DNA of 64,000 nt, taken from NCBI GenBank assembly GCA_051294375.1, contig CM119268.1, forward strand, positions 4,020,404 to 4,084,403. The letters run 5' to 3'. A model generated the notes under the pieces. That model was given only the letters and a program-made list of their open reading frames with translations, was not told the origin of the DNA and did no database searches. Origin of the DNA: Paraspadella gotoi. Taxonomy: Eukaryota > Animalia > Chaetognatha. Below are positions 53,621 to 64,000 of this stretch, one piece after another (within the stretch, counting starts at the first letter, position 1; each line of letters starts with the position of its first letter). The position numbers and the translations under genes are program-made.

Positions 53621-56600
53621 GATAAATTTGCAAAAAAAATATCCGTCCGTCCGTCTGTCTGTCTGTCTGTCTGTCTGTCCTTAGCAAAAAAACACCAATT
53701 ACTTGTGATTTGATGGATGGATTAGAATGAAATTTTGTGTGTGGGTAGGAAAGTGTGTGATTGAGCTGGAAATCAAGTTTCGATGGAATCGTCCAAGTGG
53801 AAATGAGTTAAGATGAAAAAAAAAAATATATATTTCACTATTTGAACGCCAATTACTCATGAGTGAATGGGACGATTGACTTCAAATTTTTTATATGGGT
53901 AGGAAAGTGTGTGATTGAGCAGGAAATAAAGTTTCTATGGAATCGTCTAAGTGGAAATGAGTTAAAATGGAAAAAACAATTGACAAAAATATGCCAGTTG
54001 ACAAATTATGTCAGTTGACCAAACTATGCAGTTGACCCAATTCTGCAAGTTGAACAAGTTTGCAAGTTGACCAAATTATGCCTGTTGACCAAATTATGCC
54101 AGTTGACCAAATTAGGCCAGTTGATAAAATTATGCCAGTTGACAAATTATGCCAGTTGACCAAATTATTATTGATCAAATTATGTCAGTTGACCAATTAT
54201 GTCAGTTGACACAAATTATGTCAGTAGACAAATTAAGTTCAGTTAACCAAATTATGTCAGTTGACCATTTATTATGCAAGTTGATTAAATTATACAAGTT
54301 GACCAAGTTAGCTTATTACCACTTAATTATCGTAGGCAGATCCGACATTGTTTGCTCAAACTTGTTTTAATCTGCGGCGATGAACACAGAACTGTAAAAA
54401 AAACAGTTTGAGCAAACAATGTCGGATCTGCCTAATAATTAATTAATTAATTGATTAATAATTATAATTAATTAATTAATTAATAGATTATATAATTAAT
54501 TAATTTAATGATTAATTATAGTATTATATCAGCTTGTCATCATCGATGTCCTTAAAATTGAGTCAGGACAGTTATTAAATGTTTTGTTTACATTTTATCA
54601 AAACAAAAATATCCTCTATTATCGAGCCAGGACGGGCTTTGCCCGTCCTGGCTGATTTTGATTCGGTTAGCTTCGGTCACGCTTTTTTGCAATCATGGCT
54701 TCTGAAATGTGATATCATAGGAGTTGAAATTTCATATATGGCTTCTAAGATCAAGATCTTTAAAATTCTCATGTTTCATATCAATATTCGTATTTGTTTA
54801 TGTTTTATTTTACCAAAAACAAAAACGTTTTAATTATATGTGCTCTCTCTCCTTCTTTCTTTTAATATATGTCGCTATTCTCTCTCTCTTTTTCTCCGTC
54901 ACTGCTTCTTCTGATTTGTCTAAAAACGATTCCGGCTCTGCAGCGTCTGTCCAGCTTCTTTCTCTCTCTCTCTCTCTCTCTTTTTTTTTTACAAAAAAAA
55001 ATTTAGATTAAATGTGGGCTCACTAATGTAAAAACAATGACGCGAACAAGGTGCGAACACTGGGTCCTTTGAGTAAGTAGAGCTCACGCTACGTCCGGCG
55101 CTATAAGTACTGCTGATTCTTTAACGAGTAAAGGGGCTGTAGAGCTTCTCTCTCTCTCTCTCTTTTAATTATTATATATCGCTTTTTCTCTCTCTCTTTT
55201 TCTCTGCAGCGGCTGTCTCTCTCTCTCTCTTTTTCTCTCTGTGTGTGTCTGTCCTCTCTGTCCGATCTCTTGCGTGATCGTTTGTTTTTGTGAAAAATTC
55301 TGATTATTTTTTTCTTCTAAAACTTTTTATTATTACCATTTATTCCGCTTTTTTTTCAATACAAAATCCCATATTTTCATCCGAGATTTTCGTGGATTTA
55401 TTCTCTTTCTTTCTTACTTATGAATAAATTTGCAAAAAAATATCCGTCCGTCGTCTGTCTGTCTGTCATGTCGTCTGTCCTTAGCAAAAAAACACCAATA
55501 CTTGTTGATTTGATGGATGGATTAGAATGAAATTTTGTGTGTGGGTAGGAAAGTGTGTGATTGAGGCTGGAAATCAAGTTTCGATGGAATCGTCCGAGTG
55601 GAAATGAGTTAAGATTGAAAAAAAAATATATATATTTCACTATTTGAACGCCAATTACTCATGAGTGAATGGGACGATTGACTTCAAAATTTTTTTATAT
55701 GGGTAGGAGATGTGTGATTGACAGGAAATAAAGTTTCTATGGAATCGTCTAAGTGAAATGAGTTAAAATGGAAAAACAAACAATCTATTTCACTATTTGA
55801 TTATGCTTTTTTATTTTATATTAAATGTAAATTCAAGCTGCATTAATTAATTATTAATAATTAGGAAATTAAATAATTATTAAATTTGTAATTAATTATT
55901 TAATTAATTAAATTTTGTGATCGAGATTGTTGTNNNNNNNNNNNNNNNNNNNNNNNNNAAAAAAAACCTGTTTTACTATAATTATGCCTCTTTTTTTTCT
56001 TTTTTTTTTATATTGCAGAATATGTAAAATGCAAGATTATTATATTAATCAAATAAGATAAATAATCATTTAATTAAATTATGTCAATTAATTAATAATA
56101 ATTAGTCAAATAAATTTATAATGTTGAAAAACAAACATTTCGTATCAAAATTAATTAACTTAATTATTATTAATAATTTAATTACCGCCGATTATATGAT
56201 TGATCGTGTGGCATTGCTCCGACATTGTTTTGCTCAAACTTGTTTAAATAATTTTATTATTAAACAAGCTTAATTTGAACAGGCTTTAGTTGTTGGTTGG
56301 TTAAGAACTTCCCATCCCTCTTTACAAAGATTTATTAACGATTGCCAGGCCCATGCAGCTTTCCCAATTGTAGACTCTTTTCACAGTCACGTTAATTTTC
56401 CCCAAACTCCCTACCAGACCATCCACGATGGTTCAATATAAAGAATCCAAATCACTGGATTCTTTCGCAACCAAAAAGCTGAGGCCTCTGATAATGATTT
56501 TTCCCAGGACCGCCTTGTTTCCGCTTTCAATTCGGAATCTAGGTTTAATTTTTTAGGTTAAAGATTATGTTAAGGATAATTTATTAAGGATTTTATAGGA

Positions 56601-57114
56601 TTAAGAGATTTAAAGATAAGTGTTATAGATTAGGTTGGAGGTTACGTTACTCATTAGGGTTGGTTAAGGCGTCAAGAGGATTAGCCTCAGGAATTAGAAC
56701 ATAAAATTAAATTATAATCAGGAATCCAAGAAAGTGATATGGAAGCCTTTTGAAAAATAGAGCCAAAATGAGTTTTCTCTCCGTTTCCAGATAAAATTCC
56801 TTCGACAGATTTTTCTAAAATTCCCTTCGTTTTACTTGAGACATCAGTTACCTGTCTGTTAGAGTCTATTAGTGGAAATTCGTTTGAATTGATTGATTGA
56901 TTGAGAATTGGAAATATAGATTAATTTAAAAGCGTTTGTTTAAATAATAGATTGGTACTTGTGTTGTTGTTTAAAGGATTTAGGTTGTTTTTAATTGTAA
57001 TACACATAGTGATAGCTATTGATTTAAATCGTTTTCTTAAAATATGGAATATTGGAATATTAATAATAATAAAAATGCTCTCTCTCTCTCTCTCTGCTCT
57101 CTCTCTCTCTCTCA

Positions 57115-57159
<45 letters not shown>

Positions 57160-58251
57160 CCTCTACTAAAATTTTTGGCTACAACCACGAAAAAAAAAAA
57201 AAAAAAAAACCCCCTCCTCCGATTTTCCAGAAACTCTCATCTCCGCTCTCTCTTTTCTATCTCCCCTCCCTCCTTCTCCCTCTTCTGCACTCCCCTCTCT
57301 CTCCTCTCTCCGATCGGGCGCGGCGGGTCTATGAAGTAGGAGGGTCGTGAATGATGATGATTTGTGATGTTGATTGATTTGATTGAGGACGGCATCACCA
57401 GGTTGTTCGAACAACATAAATCTCGGACTCACAGCCAAAAAGCGAAAAACTTTTTTCGACTGAGGAAAAAAGGAAAAACTTCACCGGCCACGTGATTTAA
57501 CGGAGTGAGCCTATAAACGCCATCAAAGCTTGCCCATATGTACCGTCTCACCATAAGAACTATGCCATTCGTACCGTCTTGCCTATTTCCTAGCATTTCA
57601 AACCTTCAGCTAGCTCGCCGTCTCGGCTTTGCTAATTCAGGATTTCTTGTCGCCAAGCTTTCCTTTTTAGCTTTCCGCCAGCCGTTGCTTGCCTATTTCT
57701 AGCTTTCGCCACTCTTCAGTCTTTCCATTTCGTGCCCCTCAGCTACTTGATTGCTCGCATCCCTCGCCTAGTTACTTCAGCTTTTCCTTGCCAGCCTGAG
57801 TTTCTTTAATAGCGCTGCTCGCCATCTCAGCTTCCATTCGCGCGTCTGCTAATTCATCTTTCTTGCAATCCGAGCTTTGACATCTTTTTGCCAATTCTGT
57901 CCATCTGACCGATTGCCCCCGTTCTCGCCCATCTAGACGTGACCATTTCTCCCCGTTCCAGATAGTTACTATCGATTTTAAAAACCGCATATTTATTTTC
58001 AAGGTCAATATAAACAAGTTTGAGCAAAACAGTTCGGGATCTGCCACGATAATTAATTAATTAATAGAATTAATAATTAATAATTTAATTAATTAATTAA
58101 TAGATAATAATTAATTAATTAATTTAATTTAGATTAATTATTAAATTTATATTCAGCTTGTTCATCATCGAATTTGTCGCTTAAAATTGAGTGTCAGGAC
58201 GTTATTAAAATGTTTTGTTTACATTTTATCAAAAAAAACAAATATCCTCTA

Positions 58252-58569
58252 TTATCGAGCCAGGACGGGCTTGCCCGTCCTGTCTGATTTTTTTCGGTTT
58301 ATAGCTTCGGTCGCGCTTTTTTGCAATCATGCTTCTGAAAGTGTGATATCATAGGAGTTGAATTTCATATATGCTTCTAATCAAATCTTTAAAATTCTCA
58401 TGTTTCATATCAATATTGGTATTTGTTTTATGTTTTATTTACCAAAAACAAAAACGTTTTAATTATATGTCTCCTCTCTCTCTTCTCTCTCTCTTTTTCT
58501 CCGTCACTGCTTCTTTCTTCTATTTAAAAAAACGATGTTCCGGCTCTGCAAGCGTCTGTCCAGCTTCTT

Positions 58570-58602
<33 letters not shown>

Positions 58603-59472
58603 TTACAAAAAAATTTTAGATATAATGTGGGTTCACTAATGTAAAAAAACATATGCCGCGAACAGGTGCGAACCTGGGTCCTTTGAGTAAGAGAAGCTCA
58701 CGATACGTCCGGCGCATAAGTTACTGCTGATTCTTTAACGAGTAAAGGGGCTGTAGAGCTTCTCTCTCTCTCTCTCTTTTAATTATTTATATATCGCTCC
58801 TTTCTCTCTCTTTCTCTGCAGCGGCTGTCTCTCTCTCTCTCTCTTTCTCTCTCTGTGTGTGTCTGTCCCTCTGTCCGATCTTTTGCGTGATCGTTTGTTT
58901 TTGTGAAAAATTCTGATTATTTTTTTCCTTCTAAAAAACTTTTTATTATTCCATTAATTCCGCGTTTTTTTTTCAATACAAAATCCCATATTTTTCATCC
59001 GAGATTTTCGTGAATTTATTCTCTTTCTTTCTCTTCTTTCCTCTCTCTCTCTCTTCTCTCTCTCTTTCTCTCTCTTTCTTTCTCCTCTCTCTCTCTTTCT
59101 CTCTTCTCTCTCTCTTTCACTCATACACGCATTTGTTGTTTTTATTGACCTAATCATCGCATCAAAATAATGACAATTTCATTTTCGCAATCAATTTTGA
59201 ATTGAACAATACATCAGCACACTGAATTGACTATCAATCACAGCGTGAATACTATCATCGCATCCAATAATTGATATCATCGAATCATAAATCAATTCCT
59301 ATTACATCACCAAAAATTACTATTACATCAATCAATAAATTAGTATTACCTCCAATCAATTACTAGTACCATCAACAATATCGCTTTATCGCATGATTCA
59401 TTCGTTTTTTTTCCCCGGGTTTTTTTTCATTAATTTTCTATGATAGGGGCTCTTGGCTCGATCTTGATCTTT
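58252..59472 (+). mobile_element. Putative complete HINE family 2 element nested in a family 1 3' arm
   Basis: 5' ATCGAGCCAGG hairpin at 58254; matching 3' subTIR CTTGGCTCGAT at 59452-59462 followed by a T run. Confidence 0.55.
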
Positions 59473-60550
59473 TAAATTTTTTATTTAATGTCATCCTTCT
59501 CATCTCATCTCTCTCTCTCACTCTCTCTCTTCCTCTCTCACTCCTCTCTCATCTCTCTCTTTGTGATTGTGAGGCGAGACAAAGTGGAAAACGATTTTGT
59601 CAGGAATAAAAAAATTAATTAATTAATTAACGATAGTGGGCAGATCCGGCATTTTTTGCTCAAACTTGTTTTTAAAAATATGAATGAGACATAAGATTTT
59701 TGGGTGAACTTTTTTTTCACAGGTCTGTTGATAACGCGCAGAAATTGGTAAGTAGTTCGGGTTAATAAGAAGAAAAAAGTGATTTTGGGATTTCTGCTTT
59801 TTGATTAATTCTGAATTTGGAGCTTAATCATTGATGCTCTTAAACTTATTTCCTAAATTAGAAACGAAACCATAAGACAGTAGAAATTCCCGAGTTATAT
59901 TATTTTATATCATGACACTTTCGAGTCGACAAAACAAAACTGTTTCTACATTGATCTGTCTGTGAGTCATTGAGTGTACATGTATCAGGATATATTGTTT
60001 TAGCTTTATGCGAAATATATAGTTTTTGATATTTTTTAACATTGAATACTAATTGTATTTGATTATAGCTTTTTAGTAATTTAATCTAAATTTATTTTAT
60101 TATTAATTTAAAAAAAACTTTAAAAACAATCTTTATCAAGTAGGATTTCTCATTACATCTAATAATTTATTTAAAAGCTATATCTACTTTCTTGATTAAT
60201 TAATTTTCGCCATTAGCAAATTATCATCATGGATTCTGGCCTCAATTTTCAGCTCTCTCTCGTTGCGTCAATTCTAAGGAAATGATACCAAACTACAGTG
60301 TGTCCCAATAGTACTGTCGGTTAATAAAAGCCTACTACTCCTTTACCAGATCAAAAAACTTGAATTTATTATCACGAATAAGCGAAAAAGTATAGACCAT
60401 TTCATAGAATACCTGAATTTTAATAATTGAACAAAGCAAACTCCTGTAGTTATTTCATAAAGTAATTGGTAACAATTTTTTTTCATAATTTTTAAAAATT
60501 TTTTATTTAAGAAAAGTTTTAAAATAATTTCATCAACGATTTTATTTGTG

Positions 60551-60591
60551 TACGGACATGTTTCGACTCTTTTATTTCGAGCCTTCATTAC
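60551..60591 (-). ncRNA. Degenerate Penelope-type hammerhead relic
   Basis: GUAAUGA-A-GGCUC(gaaauaaaa)GAGUC-GAAAC-AU-GUC-CGUA; the 5' core and stem I are damaged. Confidence 0.6.
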
Positions 60592-61200
60592 AAATTATTT
60601 TCAAACTTTGCTTAAATCTTTAAACTCAACGAAGCTGAAAGGATTAATACAAATTTTTTTATTAAATTATATATTTTTTAATATTTAATTATTTTTATAT
60701 AATATTTATTAAATAATCTTCTAAATCATTTCCTAAGATGCAGGACAGTGAGAAACAACCTCATATATTTTTTGGCGCTTTTATAATGCAATATTTATTC
60801 TTTTTAAAATTATTTACTTCCCTTGTTTATATTACTTTTTATTTTATTTAATAATAATCTATTGAATAATTTTATTCTGGCTTAATGATTCAATTGCTCA
60901 AAACTTTAAATAATAGAAATTACTCATCAAAATAATTAGCAAATTTTTATTAATTTTTTATATATACATTTTTATTTTTATTTAATGTACTTATTTTATA
61001 CAAAATTAAAATTTAAATAATATATTTCAATTTAAAATATTTTTCTATGTAATTTTTTTAATATAATTCATTTTAAAATATAAAACTTAATTTAAAAATT
61101 AAAAAATCTTAAAAGAATAGGATCTCGCCTACCTTCAATGATAACAAAATATTGATGCGATGATAACCAAAGGATTGATACAATGATAATCAAATATTGA

Positions 61201-61310
61201 TGCGGCTTACGGCCGTCCTCACCCTTCCTGCAGGGTAGGTACCAGGTTGGGATTGAACCCGGTACCTAGTGGTCATGAGCTGATGGCTTTACTCAATGAG
61301 CCACCGGGTC
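61201..61310 (-). mobile_element. tRNA-derived SINE-like head or tRNA pseudogene
   Basis: A-box-like TGGCTCATTGAG, B-box GGGTTCAATCCC and anticodon-like CTCATGA; the stems pair poorly. Confidence 0.5.
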
Positions 61311-61369
61311 ACAACTGAAAGAGTCATGCTTATAGGCGGGGTGAACCTAGGCAATGCCCGACTACAAGT

Positions 61370-61770
61370 CTACCAAATTAGGCCAGTTGACCAACTTATG
61401 CTAATTGACCAAATTATGCTAGTTGACCAACTTTTGCCAATTGACCAAATTATGCCAGTTGACCAACTTATGCCAATTGACCAAATTACGTCAATTGACC
61501 GAATTATACTATACGACCAAATTATGCAAGTTGACCAAATTATGCAAAATTATCAAATTATGCAAGTTGACCAAATTGGCGCAGCTAATGGAAATGATTG
61601 ATAGATTAATTGATGTATGAAGAAGTCTGTTATGATTTGTTATGTTACGATTTGTTATGATCTGTTAAGATCACAAATTGAAAGTACGAAAAAATTACCG
61701 TGATTCATCATCAGATTAGCTTATTACCGCTTAATTATCGTAGGCAGATCCTACATTTTTTGCTCAAATT
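61370..61770 (+). mobile_element. HINE family 1 3' portion with a diverged 18-bp array
   Basis: ~11 units of gttgaccaaattatgc(c/t)a at 61370-61577; 3' end TTAATTATCGTAGGCAGATCCTACATTTTTTGCTCAAA at 61731-61768. Confidence 0.8.
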
Positions 61771-62292
61771 GGTAATTTTAATGTTATATATGCTAAATTT
61801 TAATCATTCCCACATTACTCTATGGATGAAGGTGTGGCCACCGAGTCCATGACTGATCGTCGAATGGAAGTTGTTCTTTGCTCTATGACATCGAAGAGTT
61901 GAAGGTTAATGAGATGCTTAAACAGGTGAGAGGCGTCGATCGCCCGGTTCTATTTGTCGTTGTGCTCATCGTCTTCTTGGTCTTCACTGGCGTCGTCGTC
62001 GTCGTTGTTCCCAGAAAGAACCGATAGGTTTCGCCAGCATGCACCGTTTCCTCATCATTTCTCCTCATCCTCCTCCCCCTCCTCCCGGAGACCCAGGCTC
62101 GAGTCCAGGGTTTAGGTTTTTCATTCACACTCTTTCCTCTCTTTCTCTCTCACCGTCCCTCTCCCGTTCAGTCTCTGTTACCATTTTTTTTACCGCCGAT
62201 TTAGCCGCTTACATTATATTTTCCTTTCCCACCATTTTCCCCCGTCTTTACTTACCTAGATTTCAGTCACACTTACCCGACCTTAGTTAGAG

Positions 62293-62368
62293 TGGCGCCC
62301 AATGTGGGGCTCGAACCCACGACCCCAGGATTAAGAGTCCTGTGCTCTACCGACTGAGCTAACCGGTT
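62293..62368 (-). tRNA. tRNA-Lys(CUU) copy with encoded 3' CCA; probable retropseudogene
   Basis: Minus strand reads (AA)CCGGTTAGCTCAGTCGGTAGAGCACAGGACTCTTAATCCTGGGGTCGTGGGTTCGAGCCCCACATTGGGCGCCA. The D, anticodon (CTT) and T arms are intact. Positions 1-2 are AA and do not pair with the 3' acceptor strand. Confidence 0.88.
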
Positions 62369-62645
62369 CCATCTCTTCATCATCGTCGTCTTTTTTTGTC
62401 GTCGTCGTCGCCTTCCTTCTTTTGTGTTGATGGGAGAAAAAGCGACAATAGAGAACAACCATGGACTTTGACCCAAAATCTGTCAGGTAACTTGTAACGT
62501 TTGATGATTGAGGACCTTTAACGTTTCTATTCTCATTTAAGTAAATAAAAAAATAAATTTGTTTAATTTTTAAACTTTCTTTTCACTTTTTGTTCGGAAC
62601 CCAAATTTTCGTCTCAAAGTCAAAACTTCACTGCCTATCCGTTTT

Positions 62646-62716
<71 letters not shown>

Positions 62717-62786
62717 ATGGTTTCTGCGGGGATGTTTACGAGGGGCTCCGCTTTTTCTTCTTGAGCCGACGGTTTCCGCCATAAAC

Positions 62787-62874
<88 letters not shown>

Positions 62875-63318
62875 CAACGCTGCTGTTTCCATTTCTTTTA
62901 TTATTTCCCAAGATTCATCCTTACTTGATTCATTTCTCTAGTAACGCTCTGTTGTTAATTAGTCATCATCCACCAGGAGAATCCATTAAAAATCATTTTT
63001 CACTTTGAATTTCTTTCGATCGATCAAAAGAGGTGGGCCCTTTATGATTGGACCCTCAATCACCGTCATTTTTCAATATTTAGGGTTTAGTAATATTATT
63101 ATTTTTGTTTATATTCATCTATCATGACTTCTAAAAATAAATTGGTACAACTAATCACCATAACTTACCCAGACAATCTTAAAAGATACGAAAATATTAG
63201 TTCTTAGAGTCTATACGACGCAATGTGCAGTCTCATACCAAAAAAAATATGCAGTCGAAAAAATGTCCCTATTGATTATATTGTTTTTTATTGTATCTCA
63301 TCCTTGGTCATTATTTCC

Positions 63319-63382
63319 TGAATGTTATGTCGCAAAGTTAATGCAAAATCTGAATGTTATGTAGCAAAGTTAATGCAAAATC
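63319..63382. repeat. 32-bp direct tandem duplication
   Basis: tgaatgttatgt(c/a)gcaaagttaatgcaaaatc occurs twice. Confidence 0.85.
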
Positions 63383-64000
63383 TATTAAAGCTCTCTAGAT
63401 ACAGTTAAATACATAAATGCAAACAGAATTTGAACTAAAAATAAAATTGGTTTAATATGTATTAAGCTGTCGTTTAATATAAAAAAAATTCAAATATTGG
63501 TCTGTCCATCAGTCTGTCTGTTCGTGTTCGTCCTTCTACGTTTAGCTTTAAATTTTTATTTTCATAAAGAAACGAATCACTGGCGATGTACATTAGAGTT
63601 TCCTTAACCGTAAACTTTTCTAAAACGTCGGTAAACCGTTAAAAATCGACATTTTTAGCCGTTAACGGTTAAAATAAGTTAATTTAGTAACTTTAGTAAT
63701 AAGTAATAAGTAAATGGCTAAAAGAAGGAAAACAATTAAAACTTTGTATTCAAATCCTATTTCAATACTTAGGATGCAATAATAAAATAAAGGAAGGAAG
63801 AATATACACTGAATTAATGGTAATAAACAAATCAATTATAGTGATTATGAGCTTTTATCATTTTTTAAATTCAATAACTATCTTTAAAGAGCATCAACAC
63901 TGTTGATTCAACAGTTAATGTTTGAAGTTAAGAGATAAAAAGTCTTGATGCACTTCTCAGCTTAGACTGAAGTTGGCGATAAATCATAGGTAGTGATTGC

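Noticed and set aside
63590-63675. Clustered AACCGT(T)A motifs after TAGAG, resembling a hAT-like MITE end
   Set aside because: No matching second terminus or TSD in the window

Overview
AT-rich, microsatellite-dense eukaryotic DNA, probably from an invertebrate, in a draft assembly. It has many N gaps and noisy duplicated segments that look like long-read gap-filling. Recognisable content: (1) a near full-length, frameshifted Jockey/I-like non-LTR retrotransposon (minus strand, ~29032-33842) whose RT has an unusual 51-aa spacer before YADD; (2) a 5'-truncated Penelope-like element (42227-43690) with a GIY-YIG endonuclease remnant, an inverted 5' pLTR segment and minimal type I hammerhead ribozymes, plus related hammerhead-bearing relics at 46.3, 47.2-47.9 and 60.6 kb; (3) many Helentron-associated (HINE/DINE-1-like) non-autonomous elements of probably two families, one carrying 18-bp tandem arrays; (4) a three-exon minus-strand XK-related (XKR-like) membrane protein gene (44514-50120) with a possible second partial XK repeat and a HINE inserted immediately upstream of its ATG; (5) a tRNA-Lys(CUU) copy with a genome-encoded CCA, probably a retrocopy; (6) a 74-bp satellite and many simple repeats. 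Most ORFs in the supplied track are microsatellite artefacts. All calls come from reading the sequence by eye; no searches were run.
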